DNA from: Tubulanus polymorphus
Taxonomy: Eukaryota; Animalia; Nemertea
DNA length: 64,000 nucleotides
Direction of reading: 5' to 3'
Assembly (NCBI RefSeq): GCF_964204645.1
Contig: NC_134028.1
Coordinates: forward strand, 23,990,345-24,054,344
Part shown: piece after piece, positions 1-14,265 of the stretch
Layout: every line of letters begins with the position of its first letter
Numbering within the stretch: the first letter of the stretch is position 1
The notes under the pieces: model-generated
Database searches by the model: none
The model's input: the letters and a program-made list of their open reading frames with translations, nothing else
What the model was told of the DNA's origin: nothing
Made by a program: the position numbers and the translations under genes

Positions 1-293
1 CCAATTACTGTAGACTCTCATAAATCGGTACTGTTTATCTTGTTGGTTTTGTAAGCAAATTTCAATCTTATGCACTACTTAAACTTGGTTTCTAATTCGT
101 TAACTGCCTAATTGGGTAAAGAAAATCCAGAAAGTCCCAACTGTATTGATTTCGGGGTAGTTTATTGTACAACTAAAATAGACAAACATTTTAGTAGAGT
201 TTTTTAGGAATCGATTAGTTATAGGGACCCTGAAGTAGCAGACAAGCTGAAATTGAAATTGTCTCCAGAATGGATCACATTTAAGACGTTTAC

Positions 294-1131
294 CCGGTTC
301 ATTGCATGATAAAGAGACGGAATCAATATGCATAAGGAATGTATGCATCCAAGTGGCGCGAAGAATAAGAAATACGTAAATCTTGCATGATTCATGTGGC
401 CGCAACAGTTGTTTATCCATGGACAATGATGATCCATTTTCATGACACAACTGAAAATTCAAAATAAACCATCAAATTATTCAAATATACTGATTTAAGG
501 TTCTGTGGTTGACTATAGGCTGTTACTAACCGATTACATTTGCGACAATGATGAGACCTTGGTGATTTGTAACCCTGACAAACTTTACAAAACTGTAAAT
601 ACTTTATATCTTTTGGATCATCCTAAAAACAGTGAAAAATATCTTAGACAATTCAATTTGCGATAGGAAAATGGCTCAAAATGGGACAACGAAATGGTTA
701 ACTTTTCATCAAGTTACGAGTAACATGTAACATTAGTTAGTACTTCATTTTGGAAAGCAAAAAGGATAGATATTTCAGCCTCGTAATTCTCTATGATCTC
801 TAATGTCACATCAAACTACTGTAAAACCCCTTTTACTCAAGGCTAGAAAATAGGAACTTGACAACATTGAAGTCTAAAAATTTGAATTAAGTTTTCTACT
901 TACTGGTTTCCAGCCATACGGCACATGACCTGGCCCGATTCCCATAGCGCAGAAGAAATTGTATAGGGTCAGATAAAGCCACATTACATATACAATCAGA
1001 TTGATTGTACCTCCCGGGGCTGAAACAGGCCACCACATCATATCACATATAATAGACATCGCCGATATAGTGAATATAATGAATAGGGCCAGTAAAGGCC
1101 CCCAATGCAACGTGCGGCGTACTATATTCAT
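294..1131 (-). CDS. ZDHHC6: Palmitoyltransferase ZDHHC6, 5' part; gene continues past the left edge. Coding exons ~1131-904, ~622-530, 450-294; probable non-coding first exon ending ~1337
   Basis: N-terminus MNIVRRTLHWGPLLALFII...GPGHVPYGWKP; DHHC cysteine-rich domain split across GT-AG introns (QFCKVCQGYKSPRSHHCRKCNR / CVMKMDHHCPWINNCCGHMNH). Confidence 0.9.
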
Positions 1132-1339
1132 GATGGAGAGGACTTCAAATCTGCATGTTATCTGCAAAATAGGAAATTTATTCTGTGACCGGTGGTTATG
1201 AAAGCTTACGCTGGCAAGCGAGATTTAAGTAAAACAGTTATAGGGCCTCATTTCACATATAAATATACATGACAGTAAGACATGTGAATGTCAGTAATTT
1301 GGGCGATGTGAATTATGAATAATATCAATAATTTACCCG

Positions 1340-1553
1340 GTTTAATGAATGAATTACGTCATTAAATCACAGCGAACGGGCCAAAAAATCAGCCCGAAAA
1401 CCACAACCCGGAAGTGTTTTACCCGGTTCAGATTGAACGCATGAAACGAAAAGATACAGCTGTAGTACATTGAGCATAGGGGAATTTAGCGTTTCACATG
1501 TAGTAGACCTCGACACTGTGCTGTGCTGCGCTCATTCATCATTTTCTTCTACT
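1340..1553. promoter_or_regulatory. Compact bidirectional promoter ZDHHC6/NUBP2 with ETS/GABPA-type motif
   Basis: Head-to-head genes about 200 bp apart; AACCCGGAAGT at 1405-1415. Confidence 0.55.
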
Positions 1554-2840
1554 ATGTCGAGTTTGTCAAATATTAAGCATGTCATACTTGTTCTTTCTGG
1601 TAAAGGAGGAGTCGGAAAAAGCACAGTTTCAACGCAACTCGCCTTAGGTTTAAAAGATGCTGGTTTCAAGGTGAAGTAACGATTTTTCATTTATTATTTT
1701 GGCAGTCTCTCCACAAATTCATTGTTAAAGGTTAATATGATATCCTTGACATTATTTAATAGGTTGGACTTCTCGATGTAGATCTGTGTGGCCCAAGTAT
1801 ACCACGAATGCTGAATTTAGAAAACCACGATATTCATCAATGTCCTGAAGGGTAATACAGTGAACAACATGCGAAGAATGTAGGCTTTTAGGTCTATTGT
1901 TGGTAGATAGCTAGTAAATTAATCTATTTTCAGTTGGGTTCCAGTTTATGTCGACCAAGAACAGCGGTTATCAGTAATGTCGATAGGATTCATGGTATCA
2001 AAAGATGATGCAGTAGTTTGGAGAGGACCAAAGAAAAATGGTATGATGCCCGAGTATGGTATCTTAGTTTGAGTTTGGATACTATTTGTAATCTCTCCTC
2101 ATTTCTAGGTATGATCAAACAGTTTTTCAATGATGTATTCTGGGGTGACTTGGATTATCTAATAGTTGATACGCCTCCTGGAACTTCAGATGAGCATATA
2201 ACAGTCGTTGAAAATATGAAACAGTTTTTACCAAAAGGAGCTGTACTAGTCACCACCCCGCAGGTAGGAGGTCTAATGCCTTATTTGTCACGATTTTGAT
2301 CGATTTTGAAATGTGAATCACAATATTTTTGCTGCTCTATTTGTAGGCTGTATCAGTTGGAGATGTGAGGCGAGAGATTACATTTTGTAAGAAAACTGGT
2401 ATCCCCATATTAGGAGTTATCGAAAATATGAGTGGTTTTGTTTGTCCTCACTGCACGGTAAATTCAGCCCTATTGATGAAATTCAAATTGTACATCGCAA
2501 TCTCTTCTCGAAATAGATCATTTTTTTCTTTATTCAGGAATGTACGAACGTATTTTCGAAAGGTGGCGGAGAGTCTTTAGCTAAACAAACTGGAGTACCT
2601 TTCCTGGGTAAGTAAAGTTCTCCGAAAAGAAATCTTTACCAATTGAATACTAATCATTGGTGAATTTCATTTTGTTTATTCCTTATTGTATTTGTAGGTT
2701 GTATTCCTCTTGATCCACAACTAACTCGGTCATTAGAAGAAGGAAAGAGTTTTGTCGATCTATTTCCAAACTCATCCACTAGAAATTCCATAATTGAAAT
2801 TATCAACGCAATCACTGAATCATGTACTCAGAACTCCTAG
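1554..2840 (+). CDS. NUBP2: Cytosolic Fe-S cluster assembly factor NUBP2/Cfd1. Seven exons: 1554-1670, 1763-1851, 1934-2041, 2109-2263, 2347-2457, 2538-2607, 2698-2840
   Basis: P-loop [10 protein letters not shown] close to the start with no N-terminal Cys cluster (so NUBP2, not NUBP1); [38 protein letters not shown]; spliced frame ends TAG at 2838-2840; AATAAA at 2854. Confidence 0.95.
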
Positions 2841-3237
2841 CATATTTGTGAGAAATAAATACTTTATAGTTTTACCACAGCGTCATTGTCTTTTAGTTCC
2901 GAAAGGTAAAGTTAAGGTCACTTGTCGACAAGCAGCTCTGTCCAACCTTGATAGTTCTCATGGGCGCTATCCACCAAAAGAAGTACTACCTTTTCCGCAC
3001 CACTGCATAGTTTTGCCTGGGCCTTCCTACTACGAACCATGATTCAAACTACTCGGGATTATGAGAATTGGAAAAGATCAGACAAGAAGAATCAAAACAC
3101 AGGATTTTAACGTATAACAATTTCAAATGTTTATATTTTCGATAAATGATACAGGATCAAACTCTAAACAATGCTGATAAAATATCTCACTCTATTGAGT
3201 GACAGTAACTGACTTATATAAATGCAATGACTTTCAA

Positions 3238-6200
3238 TTATTTTTACATCCACGTCTTGTGTGTCCTGCAATTAGAAAAAGATAATTAATGCATGAACTT
3301 AAAGAAGAATGTATATAATGCGTTGATTGATTTGGTTACCTTCTTGCCCACAGTTTCCACAAGTCGGTTTCTTCCTCGTTCCTCCTGCCCCCGCTGGTTT
3401 CTTTCTTTTAGTTCCTCTACTACTATTATTGTCGTTACCACCAGAAAATCCTAAAATCGATACATATCATCGTAATACTTAATTCCTGGGCGTAATTTCA
3501 CAAAACCAATCAGTATTATAGAACAGTTTATAGATATCGTTTACCTGCATTTCCTCCACCGGGGTCTTCATCGCCCCACTGGAAGAATCCACAGCCCTGA
3601 TCGCGAGGTTTCGGACACCCGTAAAACGGTCGACCTTTATTCGGACCGTCTTTTTGAACGATTAAACTCCTGGCAGGTTCGCCGCATCGACAATTCACCG
3701 CTCCGTCGCCGGAACCTGTCGTCCGGTTGTTATCGTTATTGTAGCTGGTAAATACTGCGCGATTGTTGCCATTAAGACCAGGTCTATTTTGTGCGTTGTT
3801 TCCGAACCTGTATTTCAAAATGTGAGCAAAGTATCGGCATATGAGAGGTGCAGTTGCTGAGAGCACACCGGTTATGTGAAATCAGTTCAACAAATGCGCT
3901 TCAGGTTTTACATTAAGAGCATGAATAATTCACTTTACCTGTTGTTAGATGATGATTGTTGATTGGACTGCTGCTCTTCTGAAATATCCGCCCACAGGAA
4001 AAACTGACACGAACCGCCATCTTTAGGTTTATTACAAACATAAAACTGTCGACCTATTCCGAAACGAATCGATTAAAGTATACAATGTTTCTATTATCAC
4101 CTTGATAACTGTTTCGACATCGGAAAATGATTTACCTTGATTAGGTCCATCTTTACGCACAGTACGCAGAACTGCATCGTCACCACAATTACAAACAATC
4201 GCCGAATCTCCGTTTCCGCCCGCATTCGCGTTAAACGGCGGAACTGCATTCGCTTGTACCGGTCTCAGAGGTTGACGATTACTCGGAATATTCATCGAGA
4301 TATTGCGCTGAGTCGGAACATTGTTTGCCACAGTTCCTGTTAGAGTTCGTTGAACTGCGTTTGTTCGAGTGTTAATATTACCGCGGTTACTACTATCATT
4401 TTGAGTCGATCGATAACTGCTTCCGTAGCCACTATCATTGAATGAGTTGTTATTATTCCTCCTTCCGGGACCTGTTTGGGAAGGTTGCCTGTTGTTACCA
4501 ACATTTCCAGTAGCACCTGAAACATAGGAAATAAGTCATGAAGTGAGCTGGCTATGGGGTAGGAAGTACAGGGTCCCTACAACTCCATGATTCCTTAAAA
4601 ACTCCTCTAACGTAAAATGCTTTTAAAGATGCTTGAAATTCCTTTAATTTGAGCAAAAGCAAAATGCCTGAAACTCCTTTAAAACTCCTTCAATTTTGAG
4701 AAATAGGCAAACAGAAATGTTTGTATTTGTACAGTAGACTACCCCTAAATCGATACAGTTAAGACCTGATTTATTGTTTGACCCAATTAGGAGGTAACCA
4801 AATTAGAAACTGAGTTCAAGTAGTGTACAGTATAAAGATTTTCTTGCAAAACCACCGAATCAATAGTTTACTTCCTCGAAATTTGAAATTTTTCCCTTTC
4901 AACTCCTTATAGCCAGGAATGACTGATCCGTAGGGGCCCTGATGTAGTAGATTATCATAACCGACCTATTTGATAACGCGTAAAGTTAAGGATCTCCGAT
5001 AATTCTTGATCACAGCCACCGATGCATCCGTGATATCTGTAAAATGGTGAAAATACATGACTTCATTCAATTATATATGAATACCTGAAAAACATACAGA
5101 CGTTACTTACTCGAGTGGAATAATAGGAGGCACAGATCCTCGCTTGAATTTCAATTTCAGTTTATGGGGATTTCGTCGACACTGGAACAAAATGAATACC
5201 AATAACACAGAGCAGTAATTTTACACACGGACTGATTACAACAACACGTATTTACATACAGTTTGACATTGTTCGTCAAGAACCGTCGCAGCCAACACAA
5301 AGTCTGGAAACCAGTACGCGTTTTTACAGTCTGGATATCCTGGACAGCTAATAAAATATCTGCAATGAAGAAATAGTTCGAGATTTAGCTCACAATAGCA
5401 TGAAATTTAAGTTATTTAGTGACTATGATTAACTGACCCTTTTCCATCTTTTTTAGTGCGTATCGTCATTTGTCGACCGCATTTTGGACAAGGTAGCACC
5501 GGTTTATATTCGTCAGCTTGCTGTTGAAATTCTTGAAAAAAAGACATTTTCAACAATTCACTAAATCAATGTTACCGAACATATGCAACTGACGATTTTA
5601 AGTCATACCTTGCCCGGCATAAGGTCGAGCATCACCGAAATATTCGGCCAGCGCTGCATCTAACAGATTAGCCTGTCTACACGCTTCTACGAATACCTCC
5701 TTATATTTGGCCACTTGCTCGGCGAGGACAACTAAAAAATACGCATTATACTTAATGATACATTGTAATTGATATGAAGTAAACAGAACTAACAAAAAAA
5801 TTTCTTTACCTCTATGGTTTTTCAGGCCATCGCAAATTCTGAAATAAAGACACACACAAGGTATAGCAGTAACTACAAAGGATCGTTCAATTTATCTACT
5901 AACATCGCTCAAGGACGAATTACCTTTTTAAATCAGCTTCAAGTTCTGCTCTCAAATGTGGCTTGGACATTTCGTAACCCATCGCATCATAGCCTGCAGT
6001 AGAAAGATCACGATAACGAATTCATACCAGCGAAAATACTGAATGTATACGAAGAGCGTTGTTACCTTCGACGAGACCCATTCCTAGTTCACCGGGGACG
6101 AATCTATTATCACCTTGAAGACCAACGTACATCCGACTTTTAATAGTTTCGATGTGTTCGGCGTGAGTAGCATCAGTGCCTACAGGGAGAATATTTCGTT

Positions 6201-9200
6201 GTTTTATCATCCATAATGGACTGGAAATCAACAACATTTTAGGATTATCGATTTCAATTACCAATTCCGTGTTTATCCATTAGAGCTATCAGATCTGCCT
6301 CTGTGAGTAACGGCGGAGGAGATGTTTCACCTTCTATCATTTCCATACTCGTCGGACTGAACTGCTGCCCTCGCTCGAAATTCGGAATTACCTGCAAATG
6401 ATTGAAATCTAGAATTTTAACTGCTGAGAATGAATAATTTTACCTCCATTGAGATACACGAGTGCCAGTTACCTTAGCATTCCATTTATCATACGGATAA
6501 ACTTCTAAATAATTCCTAGCAATAATCATCAGCCCACTAGCAGTAAACTAAAATGAACGATTTATGCAGATTTAACATCAAATTGAAATCTTTTACACCG
6601 CTTTGAATCAGGGTTCATACAGGTCAAGCAATCCAAGAATTCCCCGATTGATAAGAAAGAAATCGTCAATGGGGGCTGTCTCTTCTCAAGAGGTTCCTTG
6701 TGCCACACGACAACGCGCCAATGATTTAAATTCACTGACTTTTTCCTGATCAGTAAGAAGACAGTCAGAATTCCCAGATTTCCCTGATTTGATATGAAAA
6801 TTGAACGAACCTTCTCATCGGCGATGTCAATATCGACGGTCGTTTCCATCCCTTGAGCGTCCTGAGAGCAGCACGCTAAAAAGTGACGAACGACGAATTC
6901 ATACAAACGTTTCTCGTTTCCCTGGAGATTATTCGCGTATTTCGTCGGATGAATCGGCGGGTGAGCGTTGTCGGTTTTCGTGCCGTTTCGAGGATTCGGA
7001 CCGGTTTCAAGCAACGCGGCAGCAAATCCTGAAATAAACAGCCGAGATTTAATATTTTCTCAAGTCGCACGCACGCTATTCCCGAAACTGAACCCAGTTA
7101 TATTTTACCTCCCCAGTTCGGATCATTGACTTGCTGTTGTATGAGATTATTCAGATCTAATTCTTTAGGGAAGATATTGGTTTCTGTACGAGGGTAACTG
7201 ATATAACCTTCCGTATACAATTTCTCAGCTATACGCATCGTTTCTTTAGCGTTTATTCTCAATTTACGCGACCCCAATTTCTCCATTTCCTGCCAAATCG
7301 AGAAAATCGTTATCCAGATTATACATTATCAAATTATTATCGGGTTTCAATATTAAACGGTATCAAATTACTGATGAAAACTACTGTAGCTCAATGAAAT
7401 ACTTACCACAGTGTCTAAAGCAACAGGTCTCCATTTGCTTTTACTCTTTGTTTTAATGTCAGTAACTGTTGCTATTGGACTCTAAAATTTCATAACAAAT
7501 TCGAAAAATTTTGAGAAAGTTTTTAGTGATGAAAAGACAAGACCATGCATTATCGCTAGTGACTTACTTCGAGACAATGTTGATAGAGGACAAGACAGGC
7601 CAGATGATCAAATAGTCGATTTCGTGCCCAGGAAAATTCAGCGATGATTTCATCGAGTTTATGAGATACTGAAAACAGGACGAAACATAGAAATAACGAA
7701 ATATGAAAACACTTCCATTCAATATACCAATAGGTAAAGGGGTCAGGTTGTTGAACATAACCAAAATACGAGGGGTCAATTGCTCAAAAGTTGGTTACAG
7801 ATAACTGGCGGATAAATACCGTAGTAACAATGAAATTTTAATTGTCCCTATGTCAACTATCCACTGGTTAAGTTTAACCAACTTATGAGCAACTCGCCCC
7901 AGGACTCTTCACACAATTCTTCCAGATTTTTCACATTCTAAGGTACAATAAAATAGATCAACTCTAAGCCCTGCATCTATACAGATTTTCTATTCTACCT
8001 TTAATTTTCCAGAACGGTTCCGAGATGAAATTCTGCACTTGTTTATATCGTTCTACGACGAAACCAAGCGTCGGGAATTGACAGCTCCCGTAGCTGATCA
8101 ACTGTTCGGCTAAAACGTTCGGAAAAACTTTCTGAAGCCGCAACGTTTGAAATCGCGTGAACGCTGCCCCGATTCTTAAATCAAGCTCCTGTCGAACATC
8201 GACTGCATTGCTGACATTCTCATCCGGTTCGAGCAGATTACGACACGCTCTTTGAATTGCTCTGCAACAAAAAAATAGGACAGTCAACAAAACATGTGAA
8301 CCAAACTATTACTTTCTTAAGCAAAAGTTTTGCAGGTTTCAATTGGTCTCCATCGACTCAGGAATTATCTTCTGGCGCGTTCGTTTCGAACAGAATACAC
8401 TCCACTAAGATCTGTAAACCTGATGGCAGCCTAATGGCTGATCGCTAAAAACTGGAATCCAGAATAACAATTCTTATACCAAAATATATTCTTCAATCGA
8501 AACCTGCCCAAATCTTGTTGAGAAATTAATCTTTTTGTTGGTTTTCTTGGGATCTACAGTCTTCCTAAAGCCAATACGGTACTTACTGAGGTGTTATTTC
8601 CGAGAATCTGGCCCTGTAAACTCTGATATTAGGTTTCACTGCAATAATGATAATAAACAATAATAATAATAAAAATATGAGCAATTTGTAAAGCAACTTT
8701 CCACGTATGAATGCGATGACAGACAATGGAGAAACAAGGACAACAACACATACCAGCTCGACAAACATTTATGATTTCAAAACCGATGTTTTCTCCCTCT
8801 CTATCTCCATCAGTCCAGATTATTAGAGTAGAACAGCCTCTCACCTCACGTTCTAATGTTCGCTGAAATCATGACAATAGTAATTCACAGGTCAAATTTT
8901 AGATCATTAGAAAACCTGCACTTTAACTCGAAGATGTCTAACCTTGATATTTTTGAAATTATCGGGACAATATTTTTCAACTGGGGCATCGAATAGAGCA
9001 GTAGGACTGCATCCAGTCCTGAAATGAAGTAAACAAATATCTTCATACTTAGTTATTGATCTTCAAAATGTTTGTGGGAAGGTATAATTTGAGTATATGG
9101 ACTCAAATTCCAGAGATGACTTGTTGCGGTTACCATTTTTTGAAATGTCCGACGAATTCTAATGCCAACAGATGTCCAGAAACTGATGTCATTGTCATTT

Positions 9201-9897
9201 TACTGGGCTGGTTGAGAATAGTATAGTCGAATTCGTACAGCTTATTAAACTTTGAAAATCCTTCCCTCTGGAACGAAACGTAAAATCAAAATCTTAAGAA
9301 TCAAGGATTTTGGTTATGATGATGTTCAACTTCTTCCAATAAATAAATCACAATAAAACATAGACAGAAATTGTTTGATTATTATACGCGGGATCTAATT
9401 AAACTATCTCACTCAACAAATTTCCCTGAATTTCATCTTTTTTATTTTAATTCCCTGACTATTTTAAAGTGAAGAAAATCCTGGTAAGTGGTTACCCTGT
9501 GTGTATACTAAGGGATAGTGGTACCGATTATCATTGATACTGAGTGCAATTATTATCATCAGAGGCTGCAGTTGCTCATAAGAGGATCCATATTTCATAC
9601 TTTCTTAAAATCCCCGGTATTAGCAAGAATCGATATGGATATTAGCTGTGATTTAACTATACGTACGCGATCATAGCGTCCACGCGACATTATTTCACTC
9701 AATGATTTCGCCGCATCATTTTTCTCGGCGACGTTTAGAACTCTGACTGGCATATTCACTGTAGTATTCGTATGGTTATTGCGATGAATATGATTTTCAG
9801 GCAACAAAAATCTTTTATCGAGGAATTTGGGCAAAGCACCGGATCGTCGAAATTGTCGTGAAAAAACCCGGAAGTAAAGGTTTTTCGTAAATTTCAT
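3238..9897 (-). CDS. TOP3A: DNA topoisomerase III alpha, multi-exon; second in-frame ATG at 9753
   Basis: [36 protein letters not shown] (catalytic Tyr), [15 protein letters not shown]; C-terminal C4 zinc ribbon, two GRF zinc fingers (CNCG...GPNQG; CRCG...[11 protein letters not shown]) and CCHC knuckle [14 protein letters not shown]; stop at 3238-3240. Confidence 0.95.
4569..4941. mobile_element. MITE with CAGGGTCCCTAC terminal inverted repeats in a TOP3A intron
   Basis: CAGGGTCCCTAC...GTAGGGGCCCTG; 3' end CCAGGAATGACTGATC is shared with the copy at 32812-33206; a further end TAGGGACCCTG lies near 222-232. Confidence 0.65.
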
Positions 9898-10290
9898 ATC
9901 AAATCAACAGTTTTCACGAAGGCCGAATGTTTATTATTCATCTTGAAACATCCTTTGCATAAATCTTTAGAGTCTGGTTACATTTATATAGAAATTACTA
10001 ATGGATTTCGACCATAAATCCGCTTCAATTAGGAAAGATTTAAGAAAATATTTTTTGACCAACGCGCCATTCTTAAACGCCCGCAATACGGCGATGGAGG
10101 TGTCATTTTGCGACATTAAATTGTTATTTTGATCAAGTTCGATGAATTCTACCTATAAATCTAATTGAAAGAAAATCAGGAATCATAATTTTGACAAAAT
10201 TAATTGATGAAAAGATTTAAATTTTATATTCAATTACGACAGTGTTTCATAATAATAATTAAATTCAATTGTTACTTTATTGATTTCATA

Positions 10291-10959
10291 ATGATGGCAT
10301 CGATACTCTTTGGAAAAGTTGGAAAACTAGCGAATAGAAATGTTTTGCGGTCTATGTGTTTGGTGCAGGCAACACAGAAATCTATTCTGACCGATGTTTC
10401 GAGGTTAGTTACGTGTTTATGCCCTCTGAGTGTTTTAAGCCCTCTTCCAGTTCCAGTCGACTTGTCATCTCTAGTCTCAGTCTCATCTGATCATCATTCG
10501 ATTCTTCAATATTTCAGGCATTCAATAGTGGCTATCATTACTGGACCCAGTCACAGATGCTTCCATTTATCCAATCTCACTCGACGGAAACTCAGCGACG
10601 AAGAGTTAGCGAATGAAGGCCCGACGCCTTATTCTAAAAGTAAAGCCAGGGATTATAAAGCTACGGACACGTTCATGGCCAACACAGGACGGCCAGAATA
10701 CCAGCCGCTGATATTGATGACCAGTTTAGCCGTGTTTATGGTTTACTTTTTCTACCTGAGGGAAGAAAATGACATCGATATCATGTTATATCAGCCGCTG
10801 GAACATCACATCGAAGGAATGGACGAAGAACAATTGAATATAATGATTCGACAATCCAGATCTGTGGGTAGAAACACTGACGAACTCGAACTCAAACAGC
10901 TGGAACTTCGTAAAAAAAGACTGGCTTCGAAGAAGCCACAAGAAAGTGAACAACTTTAA
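10291..10959 (+). CDS. UQCC4: UQCC4 / CCSMST1 (C16orf91)-like small mitochondrial membrane protein; probable intron 10404-10517
   Basis: Basic amphipathic N-terminus; family-like motifs PYSKSKA...ATDTF and QPLILMTSLAVFMVYFFYLREENDID (TM helix followed by LREENDID). Confidence 0.75.
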   Translation: MMASILFGKVGKLANRNVLRSMCLVQATQKSILTDVSRLVTCLCPLSVLSPLPVPVDLSSLVSVSSDHHSILQYFRHSIVAIITGPSHRCFHLSNLTRRKLSDEELANEGPTPYSKSKARDYKATDTFMANTGRPEYQPLILMTSLAVFMVYFFYLREENDIDIMLYQPLEHHIEGMDEEQLNIMIRQSRSVGRNTDELELKQLELRKKRLASKKPQESEQL

Positions 10960-11191
10960 CGATTACCAGTTTAGTAGTATTAGTATTAGATGAAAGAGTG
11001 TAAAGCTTGATGAGAAATATATGTACATTTTTGGTTGAGAGAAGCGTCTATTTGTTTTGTATTCTATTTGATGTAGCCGGTATAATCAAAAACTAACTGA
11101 TGTTGTAGTTATGTTCATGATGAAATACATTTAATTTAAGGAATGTGAAGTTCCACCTAATTAAAGTGAAGTATTCAACTCAGGTATAGTT

Positions 11192-11351
11192 ATAGGGCCA
11201 TTCATTTATTACGTGCGCATTAGGGGAGGGGTTCAGCGCAATTGCGTACTGCAATGCTTACTGTATACTAAATATGGCCGACTTTGCGTACTAAGGAGGG
11301 GGGTTGAAAAATGCAAATTGTATGCGTAAGTAATAAATGAATGATCCCTAT
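11192..11351. mobile_element. MITE between the UQCC4 and H3.3 3' ends
   Basis: TIRs TAGGGCCATTCATTTATTAC / GTAATAAATGAATGATCCCTA. Confidence 0.65.
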
Positions 11352-12719
11352 GTACTATGGAAAATACCATAATTCAAGACTAAAATCTTATTGTATAGGA
11401 TCCTTGTTGTAAGCTTTGTTATTACTACATCCTTCTGTGGCCTAGATGATCGTCTGGCATCAGATGCTGTCATGAGGAAGCCCATTTCTCAGGTAGGGCT
11501 AAAGCCATTTGTATATTTCCCAGAAACTCTGCGCCGACAGTAGTGCTTCTTTTGTCCAGCCTGTGAAGCATACAGAAACAAGTGTACCCTTTAAACCACC
11601 ACCAGTGAAACCTCCAAAATATGACAATAGTTGGCAGCTCCTCAAGATGTCCCCGAAACCATCCTTACAAGAATTAATGAGATCGAAGGAAAATCCACAA
11701 TTTGCTCGACATCACAACTTCTCAATAATCATAAACAAACCAACAGAACAAGTTACATCAGATCCACTTAAAATTTATTCTGTTATGTACAACTTGATAA
11801 TTTTGAAATAAGTTACTAAATTTGCCGACAAGGTTTTTAACATAGAATCCAAATTTCAAACCCAACTTCTCACCAATTGGCCAAGCATGGAAGGGTACAT
11901 TACAATCAATAAAATGTTGCGCAATCATATGAAATAACTTAGTCCGACATTCCAATTCAATTGTCAAATACATTCAAATAATTTATTGGCAACAATAGAA
12001 GTAGACTGACTGATATTGCTGAAGCACGCTGATATGTCTTCACTTGGTTTCATCTAAAATCCATAAACACATATAAAAATACCTTTTCTTCGAACCAAGA
12101 GACAGATCTAATAAACCGGAAGCTAATTTTGGCCCAAACATCGAAAACTGAACCTTCCATGCATTGCGCTAATATTATTTCTACCCCCTACGAAATACAA
12201 ACTTAGATTACACATTAAAATGAACAGCACAACAGCTTACACATGTATCATCGCCGGGAGCCAAACGACGGACCACCCTGAGACGATCCTAAGTCTAATC
12301 CACCGACGACGAGCATCAAGAAAATTATGTACACAAAATAGGACTATAATGACCGGAGATGTGAAGCTATAACGATGAAATGTTTTTTTCTTTTTCGCGT
12401 ACGAGAAGTAGTTTTTCCTAGAAGTCCACGAACAATGAATGGATAATGCTGAGTGAGATTTGCACAGCAAATACGTATTATATTCTGATATGACGTGCGC
12501 GCGATGGTTATTATCATGATCTTAACATTTTTTTCTAGTTTACTTTATATAAAATCCAAATTTACACGGTATGAAAAGTTTGTAGTTTTATAGAATAATA
12601 TGTTCTAAAAGTATGTATACACAAATGTCGCTGAGGACTTCCTGAATGAACACGTTTTTTTTTATTTGTAGTTTGTCTATTTATGCGATGGTTCCCTGCG
12701 AGTGTTGACGCTCTACCGA

Positions 12720-13538
<819 letters not shown>

Positions 13539-14098
13539 TTATCTGTAAATGAGAAAGTTTCAAAATTCATTCGAGAACTTAGAATAGATTTTGACAAGCT
13601 TCTAAATTAAATATTCCATATAAAGTCTTGCCAGTTTTTTTTAAAGAAAAATTACATTAACAGGCCTCAATGGAATAATAGATCAATAACAGCCCGAGGT
13701 AGGCCTAGGTCACCAAGATAAACCAATAACAGAAAACTAGGGGAACCGGTCTCTGAAAATAAATAGCGCTTTGTGTGGCATACATGTGAATCAAAAGAAA
13801 ATGGCGGCAGAAAATGGCGCCGCGCGCGAGAGTTTAGAGACACTCACAACTAAATTCTGGCAAATTTTGACCTTCGTTCAAGATATGGAGCGTAGAAAAT
13901 TAATTCTAAATACTCTAGCGTATGAAATTTAGTAGGAAAACACGAGACATTGGCAGTATTTGCACCGGTGACACACTCAGATCACATACCTTCTTCACAG
14001 TCAGAGACGTTCTAAGCGTTCACTGTTAAAATCTCGATACAAATGCATAAATTATCGATTCATAAATTAACCGCCGGCGACCTCAGAATCGGCCGATG

Positions 14099-14265
14099 AT
14101 TGGCTGAGCCTCATCAAACAATTCATTCACTGATTGGTCATCCAAACTCGAAACCTGATTGGTTCTTAAGCAAGTTCCGCCGTTAACGAATTCCGACAGA
14201 TGATTGGTTCACGGCTGGACCCTTCTCCGCTCTGTCATTGGCTCAAAATACACTGCTCCGATTGG
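14099..14265 (-). promoter_or_regulatory. H3.3 promoter with six co-oriented CCAAT (NF-Y) boxes
   Basis: ATTGG on + strand at 14099, 14133, 14158, 14203, 14237 and 14261, directly upstream of the H3.3 non-coding first exon. Confidence 0.7.

Noticed and set aside
2880-3050. GC-richer segment between NUBP2 and TOP3A 3' ends with GRPRQ...W-like peptides on the minus strand
   Set aside because: Might be a LINE tail, but too degenerate to support.
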